Assembly (NCBI GenBank): GCA_965235115.1
Contig: OZ249448.1
Span: 15,686,001 to 15,750,000, forward strand
DNA length: 64,000 nt
Origin: Laetmonice hystrix
Taxonomy: Eukaryota
Reading direction: 5' to 3'
In this document: positions 1 to 12,889 of the stretch, piece after piece
Layout of the letters: the number at the start of each line of letters is the position of its first letter
How positions within the stretch are numbered: the first letter of the stretch is position 1
Made by a program: the position numbers and the translations under genes
Notes under the pieces: generated by a model
Told to the model about the DNA's origin: nothing
Databases searched by the model: none
What the model saw: only the letters and a program-made list of their open reading frames with translations

Positions 1-864
1 CATGCATAAAAAAGCTGTGTAAATCAATGTTGTTAGAATTACTAATGAGAAGAAATGTCCAGAGGCAGTCTTCAATCAATTCGAATTTAAATGAAAACCA
101 CTAATAAATGTTTTCAGCTGGGAATTGATTGTCTGTACGTATCAGCCGTTGTGTTTAACTTGCCACGGTGTCTGGGGTTATAAACGGCAGGAAAATAAGG
201 CAAGGCATCTGAAATTGACCTGCTGTGCCGAGACCACTCTATGGGCCACTCCTGTGATATTAACACCAGTCAATACCTAGCGTAGATTACTTTCTTCAAA
301 GGGATTCTTCATACAGAAATGGGAGAATGTTGGTACGGAACATTTGACATTAGAAATTCAGAAATGTATTACAGGAGGGAGATTCTGATTTTAGGATTAG
401 ATTATAGTTGTGTACATGATATGCCCCAATATATTTTATAGTTTGCCCTTTTCGGCAGTCGGTACGATTTTGTGTCTCAGAGGAAGAGTATAAATACTGC
501 CTGCTGATAAGATAACCCACGAGTTGACGTTTTCTGACACTATCTAACATCCCTAGGCAATTGAGATAACTCGGTTTCTGTTGTAAAGTGTTCCTATTAT
601 CTTCAATCGGTGTGTGCAGTATTTCAGACCTTGGTTGGGCAAAGAAGAAATCAGGCACCGTATGTGTTAGACCAGGCAGACGGATCATTTTGTTGATTTA
701 TAAAACCTACGTTTCTCCGCAAGGATCTATGATATAGAAATGTTTTTTGGGCCTCATGACACGTCTTTCTTGGGTTTAGATGTCAAAGTAAGACTGCTGC
801 TGTGTGCCGAAGCTGAAATACAGAGCCTTTTACAGTTCTCTATGTCGACAAGGTGAGGCTCAGC

Positions 865-990
865 GGTCAGCGCTCCGGTCTGTGCTCTGGTCAGCGCTCC
901 GGTCAGCGCTCTGGTCAGCGCTCTGGTCAGCGCTCTGGTCAGCGCTCTGGTCAGCGCTCTGGTCAGCTATCTGGTCAGCGCTCTGGTCAG
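865..990. repeat. 12-bp tandem repeat (GGTCAGCGCTCT), about 10 copies
   Basis: Directly visible; it produces the SALW repeats in ORF 804-1025. Confidence 0.95.
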
Positions 991-1407
991 TCCCAACACT
1001 TCGTTTAGAACTGCTCATCCTCTGATATTGCAGATGATTCGTTTACCCATAAATCGATCATTGAGATTAAATTATACTGGTCCTACTGTGATAATTATCC
1101 CTGCCCTCACGTCATTATAATGTGGTGATATAGCAGTTACAGACATTCACCAGGTGCTAACTTATGTAGGTTACAAGAATCGGTCATGTTGAACGAGGCG
1201 AGCTAGTAGTATATGAAGTTGAAGCTTTGTGTCAGGTTATGGTGTGTCTATAGCTGGCTGTAACTGACTGAGACCCAGGCAGCTATCTGTGCTGGTCAGT
1301 AAGACATGGTAATAAAATGTCAATACCACCGTAGTAGGCAGTCCATGAAGTGGGAGCTGGTCTTTATATCACTGTACCTTACATGGTGAGTAGCCGTGTA
1401 GTGGGCC

Positions 1408-1978
1408 AGGTGAGGAACTCCCCCCTCCCCTCACACACACAGGCCGTCCGTGGGGTGAGTCACGGTACATCAGTCCATCACACACGACCAGGTGAGAAAC
1501 TCCCCCCTCCCCTCACACACACAGGCCGTCCGTGGGGTGAGTCACGGTACATCAGTCCATCACACACGACCAGGTGAGGAACTCCCCCCTCACACACACA
1601 CACACAGGCCGTCCGTGGGGTGAGTCACTGGGTACATCAGTCCATCACACACGACCAGGTGAGGAACTCCCCCCTCACACACACACACAGGCCGTCCGTG
1701 GGGTGAGTCACTGGGTACATCAGTCCATCACACACGACCAGGTGAGGAACTCCTCCCTCCCACACACACAGGCCGTCCGTGGGGTGAGTCACGGTACATC
1801 AGTCCATCACACACGACCAGGTGAGGAACTCCCCCCTCCCACACACACAGGCCGTCCGTGGGGTGAGTCACGGTACATCAGTCCATCACACACGACCAGG
1901 TGAGGAACTCCCCCCTCCCCTCACACACACAGGCCGTCCGTGGGGTGAGTCACGGTACATCAGTCCATCACACACACC
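1408..1978. repeat. Minisatellite with a 79-85 bp unit, 7 copies
   Basis: Unit CAGGTGAGGAACTCCCCCCTCCCCTCACACACACAGGCCGTCCGTGGGGTGAGTCACGGTACATCAGTCCATCACACACGAC. Length varies in the C-rich and CA tracts. Confidence 0.97.
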
Positions 1979-3670
1979 CACGGAAAGGTTCATGATCACT
2001 CGAGTTGTAATAGAGAGAAAATTAAAAGTCAAGGTGAGCGTTTCAAGTCAGATCAAGGTCAACGAACAGTGAATGGAAGGAGAACTCAGGGTGGCAAACT
2101 TTTTAAAAATGTTTATTTTATCCCGAGACTACTAAATTAGGTTTGTTATCCCGGGATTGGATATAGTTACTGATGGCCGACAGGTGAGGCTTTGAGCGTC
2201 TATCCGGTGATTAAAACAACGTCATATTGTCAGACTGGGTCATAAACCCTGTCGGTAACTGAAAAACTAGTTTTCACATTTCCCTTATTTATATACCATC
2301 ATGAGCCTGATAACTTTGAATTTAAAGGTTTAAGTTGGATTGTATTCAGCCCTACAATATACACTGAGTAATATATAAAACCGACCGCTGTGATGTTGTA
2401 CAGTCTGATGTGGATACCGGCCGATAGATGGCGCTCGGCGTGGCGGGGTCCAGATGTGACCACGGTCAGTGGCCGTATTTATTGGGCGACGTGATCGATG
2501 TAGATACCACAGGGGAGGGTGAGAATTCAATTGGTGCGCGTCCACTTCTGGCTGCGTCCACCACGGAATCATCTCGCCACGCACACTGTGCGTCCAGTCC
2601 CACTCACAAGGTCCACATAAGACCGGTCCGTGGGCGAGTGGTAAGACCGGTCCGTGGGCGAGTAGTGGGATTTAGAACCAAAGCAAGACCGTAGTGCCCT
2701 GCTGTGGTCCTGTCCAGCATTTATATTACATTCGTACTGAATGGCCTCTCACGCTGACCGCCCACAACACTGTTGAATAGTTCTGCTCATATGTGTACAT
2801 CACTCGTAACGTGGGTCCACTGTGATCTGAGATATGCACATCAGATTTGTTGTCCCACATATCAGGGTTTTTAGCTGATAGTCGTGCCATTACGGCATGC
2901 CAACATACTCAGTAATCTTGCAGTGTCATACTCGGCTCAACCTTATTTGGGGCGGGGGGATGATTTATTGTATTAAAAGTTAAAATTACATCTTGTATGA
3001 CCACTTGAGAATCTTATGTAATTTTATCATTTTATATATAGAAATTGTAAAGTTTCTTTTCAAACCCAAGCAAGTTCCAGTACTGTCACGTCTGCGAATA
3101 ATTTGTTAGAAGATATAGGGGTCCAACTGTCTTTCGGCAATTCTTTCACTTACATGTTTTGCAAATGGTTCCGAGGAATTTCATTGTGGTCAGATTTTAT
3201 GAACACTAGTATTTGCAGATTCCATTAAGTAATTGCTTTTAAGATACCATTAATTCCGTAAACGACTGCCTGAGTGGTTGTTGATGGACTGCTGCATATA
3301 CAGTCGAAACAGAAGCGTTTAGTATGAGCTCAGTACCTGGTACATGTAGTTTATTCTTCATGACATTAAGGGAATTGACACTGCCGCTGCCGAATGCACT
3401 GCTGAATGCACAGCCGCCATTTTTAGCAGATAAATACAAGCAGAACTAAAGAAATAAAAGTGCGCATGTTTTGAGTAATGTTAAAGACCTAGGGGCCTAG
3501 TAAATGTGCAGTGGCCTTTCCTTCCTTATCATTTCGTGCAGCAGCGCTACACATTTGGAGAAAAAGTACTGATACCCTAATGGAAATAGCTACTGCCTTG
3601 TTTTTAACCTTATAGGTTTTCTTTAGGTGGTGTTGTTTTCAAACGAACCTTTAAAGAAGAAGAGAAATAA

Positions 3671-3830
3671 GGGGCAGTATGTTTCACTAAGCCGGCGACG
3701 TCGCCAAATGTCACCGCCCCATATAAGGTCAAATGTCGCCCGTTATGGCGACGTCCCCCATTGCTTTAACGTTGGTGCACCGGGCGACATTTAAGACGGG
3801 CGACGTCGCCAGCTTATTGAAACTGGCCCC
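3671..3830. mobile_element. Harbinger-like MITE (160 bp)
   Basis: Left end GGGGCAGTATGTTTCACTAAGCCGGCGACGTCGCC; right end reverse complement GGGGCCAGTTTCAATAAGCTGGCGACGTCGCC. Internal GGCGAC motifs are repeated. No intact TSD (TAA vs AGG). Confidence 0.7.
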
Positions 3831-4560
3831 AGGTTTTTATTATAAATATATCGAAGCTATATTCGGATATATTTTAATCGAGGGTATTACACAGAATGGT
3901 TAGGCAGACACATGCATTGAAATCATTGCAGTCAAAGTATAGTAATTCTCTCTCTGAAAACAAGCGCAAGTGTACGTACTCGTAGATTGGACACAAATTA
4001 AAGAAACTGTTTCAAGTCATTACATTATTATCGCTTATTAAAAAGTGAGGAAGTAACTCCGCCACGCGGACTAGTCGACCAATGGCTAACTTGTGCCAAA
4101 AAATGTTTGTACTACTATGTTACACCAGATGATGTGATCAATATTATACTCAAAAAGTGCAATCCACAGCTGGCATTGTTAGTAATACAAAGCTTCACCT
4201 TAAACTATGCCCCTTATAGTAGGCTTACAAAGGGAAGATAAAGGTTCTTCTCTTCCATAAGAGACTGGGTATGGGTGTATGGATCATTCCGAACTGTAGA
4301 ACTGGAGCCTTATTCCGACCTGAAGCTAAAACTGGAAAAACACCTTGCCAAGTTATATTGAGTTACAGCAGGCTGCTCGTGTTCAGAGAATTGTACCTGT
4401 AGCCGGCAGGTATTGGCCATCTGCAGGGTGGGAACATACTAAACGGAGCCAAGCTGTCAGTATCTTTTTTGTTTTACTGTCAGATTCTAGACAGGAGATA
4501 CGATTTCTGACCGTGTTTTATATATACACAGTTAATCTAACCAAAGGTTATATCAAACCT

Positions 4561-4670
4561 CTGAAAGAAAAGGGAAAACTGTTTTTGGCCTCAAAGACTT
4601 AACACAACCATCTTCACCTTTGTTTAGGTGTCATATTGTATTGAAAGCCAATTCCTGAAGATGAACTTAC
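4561..4670 (-). other. Canonical 110-nt minus-strand intron of an unannotated transcript
   Basis: The minus strand reads AACAG|GTAAGT...AGTTTTCCCTTTTCTTTCAG|AG, with both ends close to perfect consensus. Confidence 0.55.
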
Positions 4671-5429
4671 CTGTTCCGGTTACTCCCGGTACCCACACTT
4701 ACATATTTATATATAGTCCCTCAAAATAGAAATATATCACTATGGCAGCCCCCCCATCTCACACCCACACCACACCCACACACACACTCTCCGAACATAT
4801 CCCCTCCTAGCTAACGAGGGCCAGGGTGGAGAGTGTTCTGAGACATGCTACATGTCCGGAATGGACATCGATGGTTCCAAGCAGAGTGTGGGAATAACGC
4901 AGATCAGCGGAAATTACTTTTAATTCTGCCAGTCAAGGAGAGTTTGCTGAACCTCGCTTGTCACACACAAGTATACTGCCGTATAATAGCGATGGCATCA
5001 TCGAGCAATATTTTCATTATTTTGCGTGCAACACTGTAAAAAAAATGCTACGGGAATCCTATTACACATACAGAGATAGGTTTTTATAAGGGGCACTTGG
5101 TGTCACAAAACAGATAAACTACTCACCCTCATGCATGGTCAAAAGGCCGCCGGTTGGCAAAGATTATGGCCACATTACAGTAGATGGAATCTGCTGACTG
5201 GTTTAGAGGTCGCCCGACACTGACCGATGTGTGATTGCCCATACGGTATATCACCGCCAGCCGGGTGGGAAACCTTTGAGGTCGTGGTATTTTTTCTCGT
5301 TCTTTCCCTGATAAGAGTCTGACGTGAGTGTCCGATAGGGGGAGATAGGACCTCATTGACATGCAGTCAGTCTGTCTCTGTCCCCCGAGACACCGGGTGA
5401 AATGACAGAGGAGGCAGCGCCGCTCTGTT

Positions 5430-5494
5430 GCTGTCCCCCTGCTGTCCCCTTGCTGTCCCCCTGCTGCCCCCTTGCTGTCCCTCTGCTGTCCCCT
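5430..5494. repeat. 11-bp tandem repeat (GCTGTCCCCCT-like), about 6 copies
   Basis: Directly visible; it produces the PLLSP repeats in ORF 5402-5587. Confidence 0.85.
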
Positions 5495-6006
5495 ACCGTC
5501 CTTCTGGCTGCTTTTGATGGCAACATTCAGCCATGGTCAATCCGCCAGATCTTAGTACATCTTAATCAAACTCTTAGGGCAGGATGAGAACACTCATGGT
5601 TGATGCCATTCGGTATTAGAGATCCTCCCATGAATGAGTTTTGGTGATTTGGTGACTGATATCTTTTTTCCTGGATTTGTGCTTTTAAGGATTACACGCA
5701 AGTGTTAGCTATGCATATTTATGAAAGGCATTGGCAGTAAATTCATCCATTGAGCCGTTAGGTTGCGTATTTATATCACAAGAAGCCAGCCATATTTGGA
5801 AACAGTGGCAGGTGGAGGGGAGGGAGGATCAAAGATTAACCTTTTATTGTAAGATCACAGCATACGGGCCAACTTTGAAGCCTGCGCCAAAGGCTCAACA
5901 CATCTCCCCTTTGTAAGAGCGACTAAAGAAGCGAGGGCGGTCAAGATTTTGAGGTCACAAAGTCTGTAACCCCCGTCCTTTACAATCGGAATCGCAGTTA
6001 ATACAT

Positions 6007-6093
6007 GGGGCCGTTGCATAAATCCCCGCTCGCCAAAATTGCTATTGAAATTCAATGGCAATTTTAGTGAACGGGAATTTATGCAACGGCCCC
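6007..6093. mobile_element. 87-bp palindromic Harbinger-type MITE
   Basis: Two 43-bp arms around 1 nt with 5 mismatches. The termini GGGGCCGTTGCATAAA / TTTATGCAACGGCCCC are identical to those of the element at 47581-49303. Confidence 0.9.
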
Positions 6094-8050
6094 TACATTT
6101 CGGACGGAGACAGGTGAAATACCCAAACATTCCGCACGACAAACCGCTAGTTACTTATAAAAAACTGGAATCACATGACCGTGGCTGTTTTTGAAGTGGT
6201 TTAATATAATCTTTTAGAAGAACAATGTAGGTGTCTGTTTTCAATCCCTCTCACTTGTCCGCTGTTCCAGTCATAATTTGTGGTTTCGGGTAAAGTTGAG
6301 ATTTCTTGTGGGTTCGATAGTACCTGTATGCTCACTTATCCCCGCTGCGGGCGTGGCGGACATGACTGTGCCGTCTATAGTTATCAATATTTATCGTTCC
6401 ATTAATTTTACATCGGTATGAAATGAGACCTTTAGTGGGAACCGGGCTGAAACTTCGCCATGAATTGTTTTGTATACGTTATACCCAGTCAAGGACATAG
6501 TGAGCTAGACAAGACTTGTGCCTAGAAAGTGTTAAGCTGTATTGTATTGATAAAAAGACAGGATTATAGTTACTGTTGAATGTATGTAATGCGTTCAGTG
6601 TGCCGGAAGTAAATACCGTCCATAAGACATCGAAGTTTTGGCATGTCTAAGAAAGTTCAATGTAGAATTCTTTAGTGAAACAAGAGATAGAATTTCCTGA
6701 GTCAGCAAAGGACATTGGAGAGTCTGAAATGCCAGAAGGAGATTTTTGTAAGGAAACAAAGAAACTGTTGTGAACCATCTTAAGCAGGGAAACCGCCCGT
6801 AAAGTATGCAAGGGGACCCTTATCCTCAAGCAAGAATACTTGTATACTATTGCTAAATTTATGCATCTTATACATTACTATAGACAACCTATTAGTCGCC
6901 AGGCTTCGAGGGTAAAGGCTATCTGTATTTAAAAGTAGCGTTGAGGCTTATAAATAATTATTATTAATTGGAAAATCTGGAGTCAGTCAACCTCTATTTT
7001 TATAGGATTTTCAGACGTTATCATGAATATAAAAGAAATGCAAAAATAGTACAAAAATGACGTATTGGTTCCTGAAAAAGCGCAAAAAAGTCGATAAATT
7101 TCAGTAGTAATCAACCATTAGACATTATATTAATTGTTTAAACATCGGTTACTTTGACCACATGCTGAGAAGAAATTCAGACTTTTGATATGATGTTTAA
7201 TGACATGATGCAGGCACATACTGGTCATGCAAACAGTATTAGATACAGAGAGGAAGAACTTTAAGGTAAACAGTCTTACTGATCCGGGGACAATAATTCT
7301 GTCAGACGGGAAAAAATAAACATTTTGACCACAGCAGTGGTCCGGCAACTAAACACTAGAAATGCCGGTGTGGATGTCGTTGCTGCCAAAGCGAGCTTCT
7401 ATCCTTGACAGGACAAAGTAAAACGCTGAATACTTGAAGGACAAAGTTAAGACAGATATCATTAGAGTACTCAGAGGAGAGATCATCCCAGTGGCTTCTT
7501 ACTCAGTTGCGTCCAGACACTTAGGCATTCATGCAGGAGGTATCTTTGGAACTGCCTTCTTTCAAGTCAGAGGGAAAAAATGTGAGTGGGACGCAACACA
7601 AAGTATGCTTGGTCAGCAGTGCCGCTGTGGACAAGGGAGCAGTCAACACGTCAGTATGAGCCACAACGGCACTGTTGCTTTGATGTAGGAGTCTGTGACT
7701 GCCTATTGAGTTTGTCAGCACACAGAGACTGAGTCTGAAATCAATGTTCGGCTAGGAGCAGTGGGGTGGGTGTGATGATGCAGTAAGTCGTCTTGTCTCC
7801 CGCCCGCCATGCCTTTATCACGGTCAGCAGAAGATGGCAGCCCCGACTGTCAGTCAGCAGTCCCAGCAGTCTCATTGAGAAGTGACAAGAATGGTCGCAC
7901 GTTATCATTCCACAGCTGGGGGTCGGTCATGGCTTCTCTCTAACCTTAGTGGTCCAAACAAGTTCGACGATAACCTCTCCTGAATCATGGATAATTTTAT
8001 TTACATTTCGCTTAAAATAAGTGATGATTTAAAGTTTAAACAAATTTAAT

Positions 8051-8855
8051 CTAGACTTTATGTGGAATCACCGTATGTAAGGAAACGGTTGGTACATACT
8101 AGACTTTATGTGGAATCACCGTATGTAAGGAAACGGTACATACTAGACTTTATGTGGAATCACCGTATGTAAGGAAACGGTTTGTACATACTAGACTTTA
8201 TGTGGAATCACCGTATGTAAGGAAACGGTTGGTACATACTAGACTTTATGTGGAATCACCGTATGTAAGGAAACGGTACATACTAGACTTTATGTGGAAT
8301 CACCGTATGTAAGGAAACGGTTGGTACATACTAGACTTTATGTGGAATCACCGTATGTAAGGAAACGGTACATACTAGACTTTATGTGGAATCACCGTAT
8401 GTAAGGAAACGGTTTGTACATACTAGACTTTATGTGGAATCACCGTATGTAAGGAAACGGTTGGTACATACTAGACTTTATGTGGAATCACCGTATGTAA
8501 GGAAACGGTACATACTAGACTTTATGTGGAATCACCGTATGTAAGGAAACGGTACATACTAGACTTTATGTGGAATCACCGTATGTAAGGAAACGGTTGG
8601 TACATACTAGACTTTATGTGGAATCACCGTATGTAAGGAAACAGTTGGTACATACTAGACTTTATGTGGAATCACCGTATGTAAGGAAACGGTTGGTACA
8701 TACTAGACTTTATGTGGAATCACCGTATGTAAGGAAACGGTTGGTACATACTAGACTTTATGTGGAATCACCGTATGTAAGGTAAACGGTACATACTAGA
8801 CTTTATGTGGAATCACCGTATGTAAGGAAACGGTTGGTACATTCTAGACTTTATG
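8051..8855. repeat. Minisatellite with 48/44-bp units, 17 copies plus a partial
   Basis: Unit CTAGACTTTATGTGGAATCACCGTATGTAAGGAAACGG(TTGG)TACATA. Confidence 0.98.
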
Positions 8856-9953
8856 ACCCAGGCATGACAGCACTGGTAGTATTTTATGTAGGAACAATAT
8901 TTTGATGTCAAACAAACTGGTGAATGATCTATTTATAAGTAGAGTGTCTCTCACTTTTAAAGTTCATGCGTAATGAGAAATGAGTTATGTATTAGCATGT
9001 CTTGTTGGACTGCATCATGGATTGGTCCCATTAAGGAGAAAAAAATACGCAGTGGGGATTTATTTGTATCAATCCAATTATGGAGAGGTAGACGTGGGAC
9101 GTGCTGACTGTTGGTTGAAGTGTCAGGGGTATTGGTGTTACCCCTAATATTCCACCCCTCTGTCGTACGTTGGAGGCCACCATTCCGCCAATAAGTCAGT
9201 TATCAATATGCTGCCAGTGACAGGCATTAGTGGGACCATGTCGGAGCGGCGGGCCAGTGGTGTGACCTCTGACACAGCGGGAAATGGAACCGTCTTATAT
9301 ATATATATTGTATATATAGATGTGTATATGGGTGGAGATACGCACAAATAGCAGGGCAGCGTCCCACACACCGAGCAATATTGAATCCCTCTCCATCTCT
9401 GGCACACTGAAACTCCAGAACACGTGTTTTTTTAGTTATACTAATAGTCAGAATCTCTTTTATTCAGAAGACATTTTTTTTTTATTGATCCTTTTATACT
9501 GGGCCTAGTTCAAGCCCTACAGCTTGTTCTCCCACTAGGAGCAGTTTTGGAATACATTTGGGCATGACATAATCAACACTATTTTTCAACATTTGAAGGC
9601 AGCCACAATGCCTTGGTCGTTTTCCGCTCTGTTAGTATTGTCGATAGGGGCTCAGACTCTGGCCTTTGATTGCAGGGCAGTTTGAAGGCACAACACAAGG
9701 TGCCATTTCCTAGCCATGACAACCCTTTAATCGAGCCGCCGCCAACATAGCCCAACAAGCGATGATCAGTGATGGCTACATGACTTTTGGTCCCGCACCT
9801 AATGACTCTAGTCGTGATCAGGGATCAAGACCCTGTGTACATGGGGAGTGTGTGTGTGAGAGAGAGACCCCTGACACCTCGCCGGCCAGCTGTAGACAAC
9901 CTTGTATTAACACATGCACAGCGTAGCCCAGTAGCTGGGTCGCTTCTGTTTGT

Positions 9954-10106
9954 GCACGGATCCAGGGGGCCACGGGGGGCACGTGCCCCCTTCATATTTC
10001 TTTTCAATTAAAAAACCGCGGCATTATGTGACCTTGTACGGGTGACGTCAGAACGTCTGACGGGTGACGTCAGAACGTCGTTTTTAAACTCCTGGATCCG
10101 TGCCTG
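9954..10106. mobile_element. hAT-like MITE with CAG(T/G)GGCGGATCCAG-family termini, left end eroded
   Basis: GCACGGATCCAGG at 9954 and CCTGGATCCGTGCCTG at 10091-10106. It is inserted into an older repeat whose uninterrupted copy is at about 31261-31345. Confidence 0.7.
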
Positions 10107-11699
10107 TGTTGTGCATGGCCTCAGAGATGCTATCGCAAATCATGACACGCAATACGACATGTGCTAGCATTGACTCTGTGATTCGATAAGATATCTATCG
10201 AGAGAAATGTTAAAGGCCACCTACTTAACCCTGTTTTCACGTATCATACGCCCGAGTAAAGGCTAAATATTTTCCACTGTGATTTTTCGTGTGATTTCTT
10301 TGAGAGCTGTACATTGCAAAGTGGATGTACATCATAGAGAACAAAATAATGTTGGAAATATTTCGTGGTTGGCCTATTTCAATATATTTTATACATTGTC
10401 TTGTGCTCATTGGATAAGCCCCCCCCCCCAAAAAAAAGAAGCCACTTCAATTTGTGAATTGTGCTGCCACATACCGGTAAGGCTTGAAACTAACCATTGT
10501 TGCAATGGATACATGTATTTCATTATCACTGCAACGGGTTTTGGGCCTAATAAACTCTGCGCAAAATATGTTATCCTACCCCTCTGCATGAAATGCCCCC
10601 CCTGTAATATTATGTTGAGGTAGATGTTTAAGAACAACACATGTTATTTTTATTTAAGAACTTAAAAAACATTGAATGGGTGTCGTACAACACATGTTCC
10701 AAAATGGTGGGAAACAACTTTTTGTTGAGAGTATTGTCCACTCATTGTTCAAATTACGATGCCAAAGGCGACTCCAGAGACTTGTGCCTGACTCAAAGTT
10801 TACCATACTGGGGTCGATCAGATCGTATGGCACTCAGAACTTGACCATCTACAGGTTGATTCGACTAGCGCCGAGACCTCACTCATAGCTTCATTGTCAC
10901 AACTGTTGCGTGGTGTGATCTATCGGCAGTACCAAGCTGTTTGCCCAGATCAAAGGATAGAATTGTAAACCTATACCGATGGACAGCAGAAAAAGATCGC
11001 AACAAATCACAAGCCTTGGGCAATTGGCAGGAAACTCTGCAGGTCATATTACGGACAGAGTAAACACCCACGCGGCAGTAGGACATACCGAGATTGTACG
11101 GTTATTGCAAACGTACAAAATTACCCACTCTCAGTCCGTGTAAATAAAAAAAGGTGTCGTTGTGGATCGAGCTCCGGTGGCGTTATTACACACAGTCCGA
11201 GTGGAACTTCCAACATGACAACATCCATCATGAACAGTCTCCACAGGGACCTGACCTGACCCAAAATCTACATCAGACACGACATGTCAGTTTGTCCATG
11301 CAGCCACACTGGCCAATACTGCTCTAGCCGATACTTCGGGTAAACTAATATTGGCAGATACAGGAGCGACGGGTTAAAAGTAATTATAAGAAACTAATAT
11401 TACCTAGTCAATCAACTGGGAAAAATCTGAATAATGGAGGCATAAAGATTGGCGGTTTGGCAAAAACTTTTGAGATTTTCGTTGTGAAACCCCAGTTTGA
11501 TGGGCAGACTAGTAACTTGTAATTTAATCTCTCTCGCAGTATTTCCAAGTAAGGCAGATATTCCATTGTGGTGGTAATTGTGGTATTAGGCAATATTTAT
11601 TGTGATTCTGTTTGGCGTGTTGTGAAGAAAGCACTGATGATGGCACAGATGTAGACGTGGACACCCTTAACAGCTTCGCGTTAAGGATGTGGGACAAGC

Positions 11700-12168
11700 C
11701 ATAGAGAATTTACCAAATGCGTGGGTTGGCTCGGTTTCAACGCCGATTTCAAACCCCTGTCGCGATGTCTACTTACAATAAAATGCCCATGTTAATGTGT
11801 ATAGTGTTCGCTAGGATCTTGGTCAAGGAATTGTCTATTCCGAAGGTGATTTTGACTTGTCAGGCCTTTTGTTGTAAGTTCGGTCCGACTTTTTAAAACT
11901 CTCCATCGCGATGATAACATGAATCAGCTGGTTCCGGTTCCATTTGCACATGCGCAGTACCGACAGACAACAATGGCGGACAGGAACGGATCTTCGATTT
12001 GCTTCGGTTCAGGGTATAAAAACGGCCGTAATATATTACAGAAGGAGCGCATTACTTCCTAAACTATGCGCTGCACGTCGTCAGATGTAAATGGAAGCAA
12101 TCATGTATTCGTAGAGATATGAATCGGTGCCGTTTCTTTATTTGAAGGGATTTTGCAAATTCTCTATG
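11700..12168. mobile_element. Putative P-superfamily-like non-autonomous element (469 bp)
   Basis: Perfect 12-bp terminal inverted repeat CATAGAGAATTT / AAATTCTCTATG with partial extension and CA...TG termini. No recognisable TSD. Confidence 0.55.
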
Positions 12169-12889
12169 ACGTTTCTAACGACCCTAACACGCTAGTGTAT
12201 AGGGGAGAGTCAACGGCTAGCACAGATGGTGCTTTTGTCCGTATCCCTGAGTATCCTGAACTGTGTGATTACAATTGTGATTAGTGGGACAGTTTGGACA
12301 GGTGTAACGGCTCGCCCTCTATGATAACTTTGTTACTCCCACAAAAACAACGGCTGCACAATATAACGAGACACGACCACGTGACTACGTTGGCGGCCAG
12401 TGATTGGTCCTCACCAACGGCTGTCTGTTGGCGGTGTATTATGGGACGTCGTCCGTGTCGTCCTCATTCAGTTGGATTACCAGCAGAGACATCCAGGCGA
12501 GCGTCCGCTCCGCCAAGTGTAGGCGGAACAGGCTGGCTAGTCATTTGGTCAAATCCTTGGTGTGGTATGATCGCATCACGATTGGTCCTGATTTGATCTC
12601 CCTCCATGAAATTGCCATTGGCCCGTCATATCTGAGCGGCAGCCTAATTCCGCCACCATACAAGTCGGGCCCTCAGCTGGACCCCGGACAGGGCTTTGAA
12701 GTTGAATCCTCTGTGAATTCAGACGGGGAAAAAGGAATCCTACTGTTCAGCAGCATATGTCTGAAACATTGAAAGAGGAAAATGTCATACTTTTGTATTT
12801 CAACATCATGTAATAAAATGAACAGTTGTCTTTTTGAAGATGCAGCCAAGGCTAAATACAACTAGACCTCCAGATTGCAGGCAATCAGG

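Noticed and set aside
780-1385. Possible plus-strand exons (780-852, and MKWELVFISLYLTW at 1345-1385 ending in GTGAGT)
   Set aside because: The donors look plausible, but I could not join them into a consistent frame or recognise a protein.
9580-9660. Minus-strand DQGIVAAFK resembling the pogo/Tigger DDE motif
   Set aside because: It is a single short motif flanked by stops, with no TIRs or other motifs.
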